Below are positions 62,814 through 64,000 of a stretch of 64,000 bases of DNA, in pieces. How positions within the stretch are numbered: position 1 is the stretch's first letter; every line of letters starts with the position of its first letter. Made by a program: the position numbers and the translations under genes. Location of the stretch: positions 7,316,001 to 7,380,000 of the forward strand of contig CM102290.1 of assembly GCA_046563655.1 (NCBI GenBank). The letters run 5' to 3'. The DNA comes from Yuukianura sp. NJ FZ-2021. Its lineage: Eukaryota. The notes beneath the pieces are model-generated. The model was not told where the DNA came from. It did no database searches and saw nothing but the letters and a program-made list of their open reading frames with translations.

Positions 62814-64000
62814 CTAAGAAAAAAAACTTTCGCTTTGGTACAGTTCCAAAAACTTTGGCTCGTTTTCCTATTTGAAAGCCCTCGTTGCAAAAAAAAGAAC
62901 TTGCAGTTGAGGGAAATGCAGATGGTGAGAGTCTAGCAAGGTGATTTGTGTAAGTTCCCTTTCTAAATGTGGCTCGCGTTTTCTCGAAAATACTTATTTC
63001 GAGGATTTACATCAGAGACTACTTGGTAACTACAGTTTAATGGGCACAGGACTTGTATAGGACAGTACCCTCTACTAAATTAATCTCTCTCTCCATCCAA
63101 ACAACAATTCAATTCCTAACAAAAAATTGTTCACAAAGTTTCAAAAGTCACGTTCAAAAATGTGAAACATTGTCCTAAAATGAACTTGTAAAACCATTCG
63201 ACCAATCGAAAGAGAAAAACATAAACTTCTGTGAACAAAAATAAAAATTGTGTATTATTTCTGCTTTAGTGTATATTAACTTTTAAAAAAATCAACTTTT
63301 AGTTCAAAATTAATTCGTTCCAAAACACATTCTAAAAGAAATTGGAAAAATTGTTAATTTGGGTACTTCATTGTTGTTTATGGCCTCATTTCGTCGTACA
63401 CAGGCTTTGAAATTGCTTTCTAATAAAAATTTTGAACAAGCAAAACGGAATGGTTAAGAACGCCTTTTGAGGAAGTTGGCGGAGGGAACAAGGAAATGGA
63501 AAGTGCTAAAATACTAAAAGTTTAAAACTCGAAGAAGATGAGAACTATGCATGCATGACTCTCTGCTTTTCCCTTCGTTTTGAACTTAAAAAGTCGACGG
63601 AAACAAAAGTTTAGAAGCGACGAATAAGGCCTAGCGGAAGCAACTTCATTTTCACGTCAACTTTGTAATCGACGACTTTAATTTTACCCAGCACAAAAGG
63701 CGAGAGAAACGCTCAGGAAAACAGGAAAGAGAGAAAGCCGTTAATAGTAAGGATAGAGAGCCACTCCTCCTTTCCTCAGCACATAACCTAACCAGAATCA
63801 GGAAAGTTTCTAACTAGGAGAAGAAAAGGGCCTCCCTCTCCTTGTTTAGAAGACCCCATTTCATCTTTCTCTGGAAACGACTAGGACCAGAGAACCCTTA
63901 ATCCATTCGAGCAACAAATATTATTAACAGGAAACTTACGATTAAGTTTTAGAAGACATATTTTCAAGGGGCAAGAAATGCGTTTTTTCTTTCTCCAGTC

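Overview
Eukaryotic, intron-rich genomic DNA, probably an arthropod or other invertebrate (AT-rich introns, many only ~60-100 nt, scattered TTAGG motifs). By manual splice-site and phase walking, almost the whole window is one minus-strand gene: a giant phospholipase C-epsilon (PLCE1-like) with about 49 coding exons from ~62166 to the stop at 760 and a predicted length of about 4,070-4,110 aa. The C-terminal half has the canonical PLC-epsilon order (CDC25 RasGEF, PH, EF-hand, X, Y, C2, RA1, RA2) with an intact catalytic site. In front of it is an in-frame N-terminal half of about 2,200 aa with ankyrin repeats, an ARM/HEAT-like helical region, a split REM (RasGEF-N) domain and FERM F2/F3 lobes placed between REM and CDC25. 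Two GC-AG introns, candidate alternative first exons and cassette exons are visible. The introns hold several non-autonomous DNA transposons (MITEs). The 13.6-kb intron also holds decayed coding-like frames, including a 311-codon frame interrupted only by TGA. All domain calls come from motif recognition by eye; no database search was run.
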